A stretch of DNA of 63,611 nt, the filler included, from Choristocarpus tenellus KU-1152 (taxonomy: Eukaryota; Protista; Phaeophyceae): assembly GCA_964200185.2 (NCBI GenBank). It is 12 parts of 12 records of this genome, joined end to end, with 100 filler letters (N's around TTAATTAATTAA, not from the genome) between each part and the next. Parts side by side here need not be neighbours in the genome. Positions count along the whole stretch, not along the records: positions 11,323 to 17,382 come from CAXNAD020009044.1; positions 17,483 to 30,138 come from CAXNAD020001752.1; positions 30,239 to 33,846 come from CAXNAD020018984.1; 9 more parts are not named here. One strand, 5' to 3'. Below the pieces are notes generated by a model. It had not been told where the DNA came from, searched no databases, and worked only from the letters and a program-made list of their open reading frames with translations. Position 1 is the stretch's first letter. Each line of letters starts with the position of its first letter. Of the stretch, positions 13,019 to 33,000 are shown in pieces. The position numbers were made by a program, and so were the translations under genes.

Positions 13019-13252
13019 CGCTACATTTCTATGGGCCCACCAAAGCAACTTATCAATACACATACATAACAAGAGCATGCCCATCATTTCTAGGCGGATT
13101 AAATCCCAGTGAAGTCTAACCACAGCTTAAAATCCCTGCACATGCAGTCAAGAGTTCAAGTCTTTTTGTGCAAAATTCTAGATACGAAACCTTATTTATG
13201 GACAAAAATGAGTATGGTGAGGCTTCTTCTCAGACTCTGCATTTTCATACCA

Positions 13253-13681
13253 CTATGACTCAGAGTCAATCTTGACAACCACTTTACCGTGGGCATGCCG
13301 ACTCTGCTGCAGACAGAACGCCTGCCTGACACCATCTATGGTAAGAGGGAATGGAGACGATGGGTCTAAGACTATCTTGAGCCGACCTTCTTCAACGAGC
13401 CCAGATATTTCAGACATCAAGTCACCATCAACCGAACCTATGAACATGATGTACTTCGGGACAAATGGGAAGCACACACGTGACCACAATGTTCGCCCAA
13501 CAACAGGCAGGAAGAACTTTCCAAAAAGATCCCAATAGGAGTGACCCACAATATGCCAATCATTCAACACAACGGCAACAAATCGACCACCGTTCCAACC
13601 GCTCTTGAGGACAGACTTATTCTGCGCCCGCTTCCACGCCCTGCGTCCCTCAGCACAGTCAATGATGACATCAAACGGCTG

Positions 13682-13724
<43 letters not shown>

Positions 13725-14484
13725 ACCCCGCCCCGCCGGGTGCCTCCACACGCCCACCCCCCCCCCCCCNNNNNNNNNNCCCCCCGTACAGTTCCGGAGC
13801 ATCCCACCAGTTCTTCTCGCGGTAGTCGATCACAACGTCCACGCCCAACGACTTGAGGAGCGGTTCATCCGTAGAAGTGGAAGCCACAAAGGATGCTCCG
13901 GCATGTCGGACCAGCTGCACAACTGAGGTGCCCACCCCACCACTGCCACCGAGCACGAGCACTCTATCTCCTGCCTTAATCTTTGCTGCTCGCACTGCCA
14001 GCATCGCATGCGTGGGACTGTTTGCCATCGCAGCACCCTCTACCTCGTTGAGGGATGCCGGCTTGAGCACAGCCAATTTGGTGTCCACGAGTGCGAACTC
14101 TGCAAGCCCACCAACGCCGAATATATCCCACGTACCCACCACGCAATCACCGATTTTAAATTTACTGCCGTCAGAATCTTGACCGCCGGCAGGATCAACC
14201 TCCTCGACAACGCCGCAAACATCCAGTCCTGGAATGTAGGGGAACGCTGTTGGCTTTTTGATGATTTCGCAGTCGCCGCTGATCATACGGCAGTCGCCAG
14301 GACTGAGAGAGCATGCCTTGACACGCAAGAGCATCTTCTTGCTCCCTGAATCGACAACCGGGCGGGCACAGTCCGTGGACACGCTTAGCACCTCATTAAC
14401 ATCGCCAAACTCCCTAGCTGTTGCACCTTTCATACCGGACTCAGTGGTAGTCAGCGCACACTGAGGAGCTAGGATCCTGATCAT
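13253..14484 (-). CDS. NADPH-dependent MDR-family quinone/enone oxidoreductase (zinc-free, RTN4IP1/ceQORH-like). Apparent frameshift coincides with a poly-G tract and 10-N gap
   Basis: GroES-like domain (LLRVKACSLSPGD, PYIPGLDVCGVV, GGLAEFA), Rossmann motif VLVLGGSGGVG, LGVDVVIDY, FDVIIDC and C-terminal SRHAHGKVVVKI. GHE is replaced by GLD, so no catalytic Zn ligands. Start is 14484 or 14433. No introns are needed. Confidence 0.9.
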
Positions 14485-16001
14485 TGAGAAACGAATTTGT
14501 TGAGCATAATTCAACAGTTGGGGGTTGGAATGTAGCAATGTGATGAGGAGTAGTCTTGGTTGGAATATGGAATGCCCAGCATAGCGCATAAGGTTGACCC
14601 GTGCACTGACACGTAAAATTGCTGAAAAAGAGAACACTGCTACTTTTACAGGGGTTTTGGGGATATTGGTTTGGCTTGTTCTCTGACACATCTGCAAAAT
14701 GTCACAGTGCGTAACAGTACAAATAGTTGAGTGGTGTGTCATTGTATAAAAATGACCAACATTGAAATAGTGCATGAGATCGCAAGAAGAGAAAATTTAC
14801 ACCCAAGATGAAGCATGGGGTGTCCGAAAGGATGCTCTCTATATCCTCGAGGATGGATCACATATGATTTGGGTCAGATAGCAAAGGAGGTCCAAGTCAA
14901 GACGGGAGAATCATCAGCAGGTATGGTATAAAACAGGAATGAGGCAGAGGGTTGGATAGTGCACCTGTAGGAGAAGGTAAAGTTGCAGAGAACAGTGAAA
15001 AACCGTACCAGCACCAAAACAAGGGTCGCAAATCTCATGTGCTTTCACTTGTCCCAGTATTTTATCCAGAGTAAAGTGTAACACCTTGAGCAAGAGAGAT
15101 CGATCGATATTAACACAATACCCGCACGCAAGGTGAAGTGTGCGTCGGTGGTAGATGCATAGAGAGGCACAGGCATGGATAAGGGCAAATCCGTTGATGA
15201 TATTCTTAATGGGTTCCAACATGACATAACTTCAAACAATCAAGCAATTGGAACAAAATAGTCCAATGTGTGTATGGGAGAGCTTTGTCTTTCTTAGAAC
15301 ACATTGGGAAGAGCATACACAGCGATGGTGGGAAAGTACCATTGCGGGCGTCAAAGTTGCATGGAGCAAAGAGGAATCAATATAGAAATTTATTTCCAAC
15401 ATGTGCAGGATCACGTGCAACTCCCAGGTTCGAAATTAGTTGCCAAACGAAATATGTTAAATCATCATTGGGTGGCAAAATGCGAGGATTATCAAATACT
15501 AAGAGGGACACTGTACGAAACAACTGCGCGTAGAACGCGAAATGTTACAACTGATCTATCTCCGACCAATGCGTAAGGGCCAGAAGTTACCAATGACTCG
15601 AGCGCCTATATATGTTGAGATATTGTCCTGGTCATGGATAGGTTGTGGAAAGCAAAATAAGTAGAAGGTTCAAGCCTGTCTCAAAAGTCTTTCTTCAGGA
15701 GTCGTCTAGATCACCTGATTAAGCGTAGGTTGTAGGAGTTTATCGTTTCTCCACTTGTGGGGAACAATGTCCGTGTCCGATTCAAGAAGTGAAGTTGAAC
15801 CTATTGTGAACTGGATCTTTTTGAAACATCACAACACATTTATTGGCGCGTCTTGATTGTTCTCAGACTCACGATAATACGCGATTTGTCTATACTGTAT
15901 TGATATAATTTAGAACCAAGTAAGACAGGTACTTCTCAACTACTATTAAGGTTTTTCTTCTACTACAGCTTTGCCGATCGAGAGGTGCTCACGCTCCTGT
16001 T

Positions 16002-16856
16002 GTGAGACAGCTGCCCGCAACGTTGACAACTCGTTCTCTCAGTTCACTACTCAGAATTGGGACTAACCTGGTGGTGTTCCGTTCTACCACGATAGGTTAC
16101 AGTCCTCCCACAATTCTCTCCGTTGCGTCCGGATTGACGACGGGGGAAAGAAAGCGATACTTGGCAGGTTCAACTTCTACTGTGATGAAGGAGAATTCAT
16201 TGTTGGGGATCGAAAAGTCAGACTCGCCAGAAATTCCTCCAATTGGTTATCACATCCGGGCGTGCAAGGGGTCAGACTATACCCCGGTCATTGGCAAACT
16301 GAATGAATGGTGGGGTGGGAGAGAGATTAACATGATGTTACCCCGTCTTTTCTTCGACCATTTTCAGTCCACGAGCTTCGTTGCTGTGGCAACAGGGTCA
16401 ATGGAACAACGTAGTCTCGAGGAACTCGAACCTGTTGGAACGGTGGCAACAAGTGGAACCACAGAGGAAAATGAGACAAAATTGGAAACTACCGAAGTTG
16501 ATGATCAAATTTGGGCGTTCCTGTGCGGCTTCTTATCCCCGACAAAGGTTGGACAAGCTTATGTCCACTTTGTAGGGGTGGATCCCACACACAGAGGGAA
16601 GGGTATTGGGCGAAGACTCTATGAAGAGTTCTTTCTCGCAGCCACCAGGAGAGGCTGCAATCATGTTCGTTGCGTCACAAGCCCAGTGAACGTGTCCTCT
16701 CAGCGATTTCACATGCGCTTGGGCTTTGTGCCAGTACCAGCATCACCCGTCTCGTCCATTTCCAATACTAGAGAAGGAGGGGATAAACCGATTGTCCATG
16801 TTGACTACGATGGGCCAGGAGAGCACCGCATCATTCTGGAGAAAACCTTAATGTGA
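16002..16856 (+). CDS. GNAT N-acetyltransferase, Bacillus YqjY-like (first in-frame ATG at 16185; frame open from 15924)
   Basis: LNEWWGGR, LPRLFFDHFQSTSF, AYVHFVGVDPTHRGKGIGRRLY (acetyl-CoA motif A), RGCNHVRCVTSPVN, FHMRLGF and YDGPGEHR match the bacterial YqjY-type GNAT as recalled. There is an acidic insertion of about 30 aa after the SFVA strand. Confidence 0.9.
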   Translation: MRQLPATLTTRSLSSLLRIGTNLVVFRSTTIGYSPPTILSVASGLTTGERKRYLAGSTSTVMKENSLLGIEKSDSPEIPPIGYHIRACKGSDYTPVIGKLNEWWGGREINMMLPRLFFDHFQSTSFVAVATGSMEQRSLEELEPVGTVATSGTTEENETKLETTEVDDQIWAFLCGFLSPTKVGQAYVHFVGVDPTHRGKGIGRRLYEEFFLAATRRGCNHVRCVTSPVNVSSQRFHMRLGFVPVPASPVSSISNTREGGDKPIVHVDYDGPGEHRIILEKTLM

Positions 16857-18249
16857 AAGCAGGACCTGACTACCTACATGAACCATGTTGAACATAGTAC
16901 CTGGTGACACAGCATATCTGGTGACACAGCCTGGCGTCCTGTGTAGATACAAATTTCTGTATGTCTCAGCAAAGTAGCTGAAATTGATCTGGATATGTTA
17001 CAGTGTTGCACGCCTATTCTTTTGGATTTATATGTAGGGTCTTAAAGAGATATTTTATTCATCCTTAATTATTTGGGCTTCTACCGAGTGAACCACTGTA
17101 CAGCAGTAGTAGCCCAACATCACTGTATGAAGTCAAATCAGATGTGCATTATGGGGGTGGACTTTGTCATGTTGAAATGCAGGGTTTAGATTGGCATGTA
17201 TAGTTGGTTTATCCGAAGGGTTTCAACACATGATTGATGATTGTATTGTATGCTGAATCATGGTATCTTGCTGTTGAATTGATGTAAGGTACAGAGTTAA
17301 ATCATATCATATGTGGCAAGCAGGGTAGCGAGCCAGATTCGTGGTTGCAAGTAGTCTGTGCTCAATATTGGGGGGGGGGGGCNNNNNNNNNNNNNNNNNN
17401 NNNNNNNNNNNNNNNNNNNNNNNNNNTTAATTAATTAANNNNNNNNNNNNNNNNNNNNNNNNNNNNNNNNNNNNNNNNNNNNAGTGGAAAACCAATGAAA
17501 ACTATATACATATGTGTATATAAAATGTCCTCAACATAACATATATTATATTATTATGCCCTCTGACATTTTGCAGATGTGATAGATATAGTGTACTATG
17601 TTATATGCAAGTGTCACACGTGCGTAAAAATAATATGTGTAAAGAGGGCATAATATTAAAATGTGTGTGTGAATACTTGTGCGTATGTACTGGGACGGAT
17701 TTACCAACAAATAGATACGACATTGACAAACTACTATACTTGATAGTTCAGCACAAGATAGAATGATAATTGAGGTTGTGCTACAACATACATATTAGCT
17801 TTATTATGCACACACCACTAGACAATTGATGACGTTATATGACGACAGTCCCTGTGTTCTGTTGCATTTTAACCAAGGTTTGAGGAAAGAGTTAGGATGT
17901 GATTGAGTTTGGGTGTGGGTGTGGGTGGGTGAGTCGGTGTGGGGATGAGAGTATGTGGTACGATGCCTCCTGGTTTGTGTTCTTCATTAAACGTGAAGTA
18001 ATATTATAGTTATAGTATACACACATTGGAAATTCATGTGTATCTTGTATGTGGTGAACTGTCTAAGCGTGTGTTTGTAGAATAGGACTTCTGTGCAGAC
18101 ATTCGTCTTTTTTGTGTGAGTGTATCCTTCGGTACACAAATAACTAACAAAGACACGTGATCAAGAGCGCACACCAGTCTCTCCTCCAATTTCCACAACA
18201 TGCGACTTTCACGCTCTAGGAAAGGGGGCCATGTGAGGCTCCCACCTCC

Positions 18250-18780
18250 TTGCTTCTCCTGACTTTAAACTTGGTCGAGTCTCCTTACTTCTGCCTGTGC
18301 GCAGATATACTCCATACGCTCGCTGCCTATCGCCTTTGGACACTCTTTCCAGCGAATATTCGAGTTAGTATTGCTGTACGCACCTTGGGGTTCACACCTA
18401 CCTCACTTGAAACCATTGATCCGTTGCTAGGGCTACCACATATTTAGCATAGCCGATCTCAGTGCTGTTTCCTTGCGGTCATATAATTATCTTGCTCTTT
18501 GTGGTCTGACCTCAGTTGACCCTTCTTGTAACCTTTGAAACTCTCTACCCACCATTCACAGTCAGTATGTATAGCTATGTGGGGCTTGGAATGCACACCT
18601 GGGTTACTTCCATAACCTGGCAGTTTGAGCTGTCTACGCCCAGTAGTAGAGTCACAAGTCTCTTTCGCGTGTCTCTAGGCCAATGTTACCCATGGCATTG
18701 TATCGGATCCACAATTGAAACTCTTGTCAAAATCTATCTCCATCCAAGTCTTCACAGGTGTAGTCCTCACCCTCACCATC
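18250..18780 (-). mobile_element. Degenerate LINE (non-LTR retrotransposon) ORF2 3'-region relic
   Basis: Broken minus-strand reading NAMGNIGLETRERDL*LYYW..RQLKLP and FKGYKK..RKETALR resembles the post-RT region of LINEs. Multiple stops and frameshifts. Confidence 0.35.
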
Positions 18781-20298
18781 GCTGTCGGCAAATGGTCAGC
18801 TCTGTTGCAACTTCCCACGCTCTCAGGGCTTGAACCACCTGATTCCTATTCTTCCTGCCCCCCCCACCGTTAAAGTCTTCTCATCCAGGTGCTGTGGGGA
18901 GCCCTTGAGCTAGCGCCATCCCATGTAGACTCTCTGCAGGTTGATTTCGCCTGGGAAGGATTCCAGATGTTTCCCCCAGTGATAGCCTGTGTTTTGTTCT
19001 TCACAGTAGTGCCATGTATATTCAAATACCTCATCCTCCCTGTCTTGGTCTGAATGTATGTAGTTGTACGCGGACCCCATCCTCAGAACGTCCTCCATAC
19101 ACTCAATCCCATTCCAACCATGTCTCCCTTATCATCCGGTTTGTCTTCAATGCGATGCCTTTTCCTCTAGCATGACCTGACTGACAGTCTCCATGTTGAC
19201 CAGAATGACCGTCCTATTAAACTCAACCACATAGGCACGTTCTTCACATCAGTGCCCATACTTGTAAGGCTCATAGAGCATGCAGGTACACTCCATAGAC
19301 TGCTATTTGTGAAAGTAGAAGACTCAATCGAGATAGATGTCAGGAGAAGAAAGGATGTGGGAGCCTCACACTCCTTTCCAGAGCATGCCAATAACGTATT
19401 GTGGGAAGTGGAAGCGTGACTGGTGTACACTCTTGTTCATGCGTTTTTATTTATTTTTTCTACTGAAGGATTCCTTTAATCCCATATGGAAGCAAAATCA
19501 AATGTGTGGCCATACCTTACGCAGTATGTCAGTATATTGGTCATATTTGAAACATACTGCTATGACTATTTCACCAGCGTAGTCTAACTCAGATACCAGT
19601 AACTGAATGTACTATCTCATCAGTGATATCACATGAACTATAGCCAAGCACAGACTCAAACAACAGATTAATGTATGTACAGAGTCCTATTCTGTACATT
19701 GTGGTCCACGGAGCATATGCATACAATTCGAAGTATGCGTATATATCAAGTTACAATGCGCCCACTTTGTAAATATTTTGTCGGGTAGTAATATCACCCT
19801 GTCGATGTTGAAATATACGCTTCAAAATCCTTCAAAACTATTGTGGGTGTCACTCATTCATGCTTGCAATACGTCCAATGCGTCTGTTGCTGGCTACACA
19901 TGCCACACATGACCTACACTCTCGGAAAGGACCAAGTACCCTGCCGCATCTTTTGAAGCAAGGAACCTTCAAAGAGGGAAGTCCCTTGGTTCCCTTGATG
20001 TAGCTGACAGGGCACCCACTGTTGTTCTTGTGATAATGTAATGATTGTAGAGCTTTAGAACTCTACTCCTACTATACCCCCTTTGAATTCTACTGTTGCT
20101 GTAGTGATGGTTTGGGAACAATTGCTAATCATCAGTGCAAATGTACAAAAACTGGATGACTCACATGCAAGGAATCTGGAAATTTGTGTAGCAACAGGAT
20201 CCAGTCATTATCATAATATTATTATATCCAACTGTACAAGGGAAATCTTGGTGAAGCCAAGGGCTCCATTCTTGATTTTCCACCAACCATCAAAATTT

Positions 20299-27856
<7,558 letters not shown>

Positions 27857-28120
27857 CTGCTAAACCCTTTAGAAGTGTACATACACACAGTATCTGCTGG
27901 AGCATACCTTTTTCGTTGGGATATGAGAACCACCTAGACTCAAATCCAAAACATAACGATGCGATCGATGCATTGTTAGTAGTCGATGGTGAGTGACTTT
28001 CGATCTTTCAAATGAAAAAAAACGTTTCGCTTAAGTTTTCCATCAAGAAACTTTGTGAATTGTAATCTTTTTACTACCCATGTAAATCTTACCATCTTCT
28101 CCCCATGAACGGTGCCAAGC
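27857..28120. promoter_or_regulatory. Putative bidirectional promoter between the kinase and the sulfotransferase-like gene
   Basis: Divergent ATGs at 27856 (-) and 28121 (+) are only about 265 bp apart on one contig. Confidence 0.45.
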
Positions 28121-29258
28121 ATGGATAGAGGGATGCCCGCGCCAATCCATACTATCGGCCTCAACCTTAGATCGGTGCAGCCACAGCCATGTGAAGATAG
28201 ACCATCTTCGGTGCTACCCATGAATCCTCAGGGATCATGTCCCTCACAACAAAGTGACGACCCCGAGAACCCGCCTAGGAGTGACGACGTAGGGGAAGAG
28301 CATCAGGGGAGGCGGGATCCCGCGCGTCAGTCTTCTCGAATGATGGCCAATAGAATCGCGTGGGTATTGATTTTTTTACTACTGCTGGTAGTGCTGAAGC
28401 TTCTCCGTGCGAATCTAACCCTCCGAGGCGATCGGGTTCAGTCAACAACACCCCAAGTAAAAGCTACTACTGTAGAAAGACCAGCGAGAGAAGATCCTGG
28501 GAGTTCGATGAAGGATATCAGACCCTCGAAAGTGATATCTGAATCTAAAAATTCAGGGAGTGAGTACTCTGGTGTGTTAATGGAGAAGAGTCATGGGGTA
28601 AGTCGTTGACCCTTGACTGCGATTTATTCAAGAGTTTAAAATATTGTCTTACTAAACTTTAAGGAATGATCCGTTCAAAGGAGAAAGCACCTCAGGACTG
28701 CCAGGTCTAGATCTTCCTTGCTCACTGTGTCGAAATTATTCGCATGGTGACATCCTGCAATCACTGAAACGGTAGCTCTTATGACCACGGTCAAGTGTCC
28801 AGGTCGAGCGTCCACTTCGTAACAATAGCAGAAGCAAGCGTGAAGGTTGGTCTAGATCTCTTGCACCCGAGAAATGATCTCTCCATCAATACCAGCCTCT
28901 TCCACCCGCGAAATGTGTATCAAAGGTTGATATCGCCAATTCATCTGAACAAGGGGGCGCTGTCAACACTACCCTGCGCTCTGGCTTCAAGCGCAAGACA
29001 GTCTTCAGTGACAGATTTCGACTCGTTTTCGTGGCAGGACTTGAGGGTACGGGGCATCATCTCTTCGAGCAGGCGTTCTCCAAGTGCGAAGCACAAGGAC
29101 TCTGTCAACAAAACTGTAATCTTTCGCAAGGATTCTTTCCAGGACTGGCCATGGCCGGCACACCAGCGGATTACAGCCGTAGCATGGGAGCAATCGAAAA
29201 CTCCCTCAAGGCGTTGAAGGCAAGATTGCTGGCTCATGTAGAATGGCCGAACAAGTAG
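28121..29258 (+). CDS. Type II membrane protein with a sulfotransferase-like domain, partial. Exon 1 is 28121-28597; the domain exon is about 28896-29220; internal exon structure unresolved
   Basis: Cytosolic N-tail, single TM (IAWVLIFLLLLVVLKLL), stem, donor GGG|GTAAGT, then FRLVFVAGLEGTGHH, which resembles the 5'-PAPS-binding loop of sulfotransferase-fold proteins. Confidence 0.6.
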
Positions 29259-30044
29259 TGTGTATACTTTCTAGGTCCTGATGCTACTGTGTAGGGGGGA
29301 GAGAGGGGGAATGGGGTGATTTGCCTTGCATTTTGGCATTACTTTGCTTCCATGAACAGGTAAGCATGAACTCTTAACTGACACAGGATACTGCCTCAAT
29401 CTCAATTTCCATTGTTTATGCAAGGGCATTCCATCAATTCCATACGAGTATATATATATATATATATTCGGGTCGCATTCTTGCAATAAATGTATTTGTC
29501 AACTATTGGAGGGGGGGGAGGGGGCGGAGGGAGGAAAGAACCTCTCTTTTTAACTTTTGAAATGTCTTGTTTTCTTTTCCACACTCCCCCCTTCCGCTCT
29601 CTTAAAAATAGTTAAATGTTTTGTTTCTTTTAAACGCACAATTGTAGGCAAAGTATGTTTCAAGGACAGAGACGGTGGTTGTACCCATCAACTGTGTTGG
29701 CATCGGGACGTGCAAGGGGGTTGGACACGTGTCCTATCCAAATATGTCTGGGGCTGGAAAGTCAGTCCAGCACACAAACCTTCGTGTAATGGTGAGAAAA
29801 GGACCCTGGACCCCCTCCTCCCCCAAGTTAGATTTTTCATTTGCTAGATTTTCATTGCAACAAGAGAGGTATTGAGGACCACGAGGAGGAAAAGGGAGGG
29901 GGTACTGCTTAGGTGGGGTTAGGGTTAGGGTCGGGTTGTTTAAGGGTGAGAGTTTTGCGTTACAGCTAGATTGGAGGACTGTCAAGGTTGTACCAGTGTC
30001 AATTGATGAGGAGGGGACGGGGTAGGTGGAGGGAGGGTCAGGGT

Positions 30045-30075
<31 letters not shown>

Positions 30076-33000
30076 TGGGATTTTGGAGGGGGTTTGTGTT
30101 AGGTGAAACTCTTTTTTGAAGGGTTTTTGGAGAGGTGTNNNNNNNNNNNNNNNNNNNNNNNNNNNNNNNNNNNNNNNNNNNNTTAATTAATTAANNNNNN
30201 NNNNNNNNNNNNNNNNNNNNNNNNNNNNNNNNNNNNNNCCCATAAAATCAGAGATATTTCCGTTTTATGTGAGAAAAATTCTCATTCAACTAATCACTAG
30301 TAAAAGGTTCTGATGTCTCAACCACTAATTGATTGTTCCATTACTCCATACATATTTTACCGTAACTGTCCGATAGAGTTGGAAGAGTCTAATCGAAAAA
30401 GGCGCACCATTGCCTTGACTCTCGCCCATCACAATGCGTATTGTTTAATAAAGTACTGTTTTGGCAGGATGGGAATATTCTATGTGCCATTGCATTGTGT
30501 CTCATGCTATTCTTCTACTAGTTCGAATTTGTTAGTGTTCAATAATTGTGATCAATAGGGAATGTGAGTGTTTCCTTTGTTGACTCGGATGAATCGGAAA
30601 ACTTGGATTAGTCAAAATCAAGCGCCAAGCATGGCGTAGTACTGCGAGACTAAAGGACACCCAACTAGGGAAGGGCCCTACCAGAGGTAAAAAATATTAC
30701 CAAAAATATAATTTTGTGCCCATTTTCCACGTCCAGGAACCACTCTCCTGTCGTATCCGAAATGGACCATTAACCCATACTCTGCTCAAAAAATACCGAA
30801 GAATAATATCTGAATGAAGGGCGAGGAAGAGGTATCCGTTCATATTTTAAAACAAGTAGAACTATACTTTGGATCAACGATTTTCTTTTTGCAAAGCCCA
30901 CAGATAATCTTGAGGTATGTCAATATTTCTCAGCGGTTGAGAGATGAACGTACATGGAAGAGAACGTACAAACTTAATACACAATAACCAAATACGGAGT
31001 AAATATCGACTGGTTACTACTCAAAGTACAACAGAAAACAAAAACAAAGGCCTTTCTACACTACAAACTCTAGGTACAGCGGATCTTTTTTATAACGATG
31101 TGAAGGAAACAAGAAACAAATGACATAACTAGCTGTACCTTCTGTATCACTAGTCCTATGGATCCCAACTCTAGAAAACCTATCTCTTGTATCATTTGAA
31201 TTGTTACAGACATGACACACACATCTACTCAAATGTAAGTTTTCGAGTCGATCGAGTGATAGAGACGTTACACTTACAATTTTTCTGTACTGTGGTATTT
31301 TTTAGTCTTACTGTTCACAGCGTGTTACTGTACTTTGTTGTGAAATCATTAAATACATTATAGTGCTAAACACAACGTTCATTCATAGTGTCGTGTCCTT
31401 AACATTATTGATTTAATCCTTGATGATACTTTATGCCCGCGAAAAACGTGAGCAAATTGTCAGGTGGGAGAAAGAACACAACAAATACAACAAGAGGGCC
31501 GAAACTGCTTATAACCAACAACGCTGTGATGATATATGTATGGCTTAAAGCACGAACTATACAACTTCTATATTCTAAGGGCATCGTTGTCGTTTATGCA
31601 AGGCCATACTTATTGGGTACACAATGACTTGATAATAATTGTGTTCCGAATAGTTGAGGGGGTGGCCGGGGTCTTGTTTACGGCACACAACGTCACCATC
31701 ACCACCACAGATCCACTGCAAGAACAGTATGTTTTAGACAACAAATCAAATGGTTACTGGTAGGTCTCTATTGGATGAAGGAGTGATGTTACAGGCGCCC
31801 CTCGGAACACACCTCCACAGGATGTACAACTCAAATCCAATTCACAGACCAACTCACGTCAGCTCAGCAGAACAGGAGTACTCTCAGGTGAATCAAGTAG
31901 CACAAGGAAAGCGTGTATATTGGTATCAGCTTAGCGAAAAACTGAATAAGTGGATCTCTTAGGTCCGAAGGACTGAGTCGTTTGGAGCCGTTTTTAGTAT
32001 CTCTTATAATCATTTACCGTTGGGGCTTCTTTTGGTTTTACAGGCTTTGGAATATATCTGAGAACCTTTGAGACCTTTCCATCTCGGACCCTTTGCAACT
32101 TTCCCTAGTTACAGATTTTATTCTGTAACTCTTTGGCAAATCGGAGTTCCCCCTTTTGGGTTTCCCCACGCGCGTACACTGCTCGCGTCGGTTAAAGCGC
32201 GGGAAGAAATACTCGCGCTATTCGCCTGTAGCAAAGAGTCACTATCAACCTTGACAACTACTACAAATGCAATTTTTCGTAGTTGTCTCATGTTACTATG
32301 CAGCGCCTCAGCCCAACCCATGATATTTTCTTAGATACTTTCTGCCGTGCAGGCCAACACGACTTATCTCAGGAAATATACCCTCCATGAATAATAAACA
32401 AACACAAAACACACGCATCAGTACACAGGAATTCGTATACATACCTGGAGCCCCAGTTCATGATGGAGTGAGGAGGAGGTGTACACAAGAATTGTTGTTC
32501 ACCCTTTGAGTATGACAATAGTACACCAGTGTGGTTGAGCTTCAGTTTTCTGTATATTAGTATGATAGCAACTTAATATATGTCAAGAGTCACTTTTCAC
32601 ACCGGCTCGTGTAGAAAGATGGTGCATGGAAAATCACCACCAAACAACAATCACTCGAAGGGAAAGACATCACCACTAACAACATCCTATTATCGGTACA
32701 ATAGCACCACTCCCAGCTCGACAATGAATCGATGAAGGAATACAGATATAAATGAAACAGTAAGAAGTTATACATGTTTCGAAGCATAATATCGCCACCC
32801 CAGGGGGATGAGGTTCTATCCATTTGCTTCGTACCAAGCAATGTTAACATGTGGTTCTTGGAGAAGAATCCTACCCCCATTCTGGCAAAGAGAAACATTG
32901 AGGGGCAGAGTGCAGGTAGAACAACTATAAATCAATCGTCAGCATTCTCATACGCACTGTATCTCTTATCGATAAGCACCGTACAAGTAGTCCAACCCTC

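Noticed and set aside
13685-13785. Frameshift and poly-Gly insertion in the MDR oxidoreductase
   Set aside because: It coincides with a homopolymer and a 10-N scaffold gap, so it is most likely a sequencing or assembly artefact.
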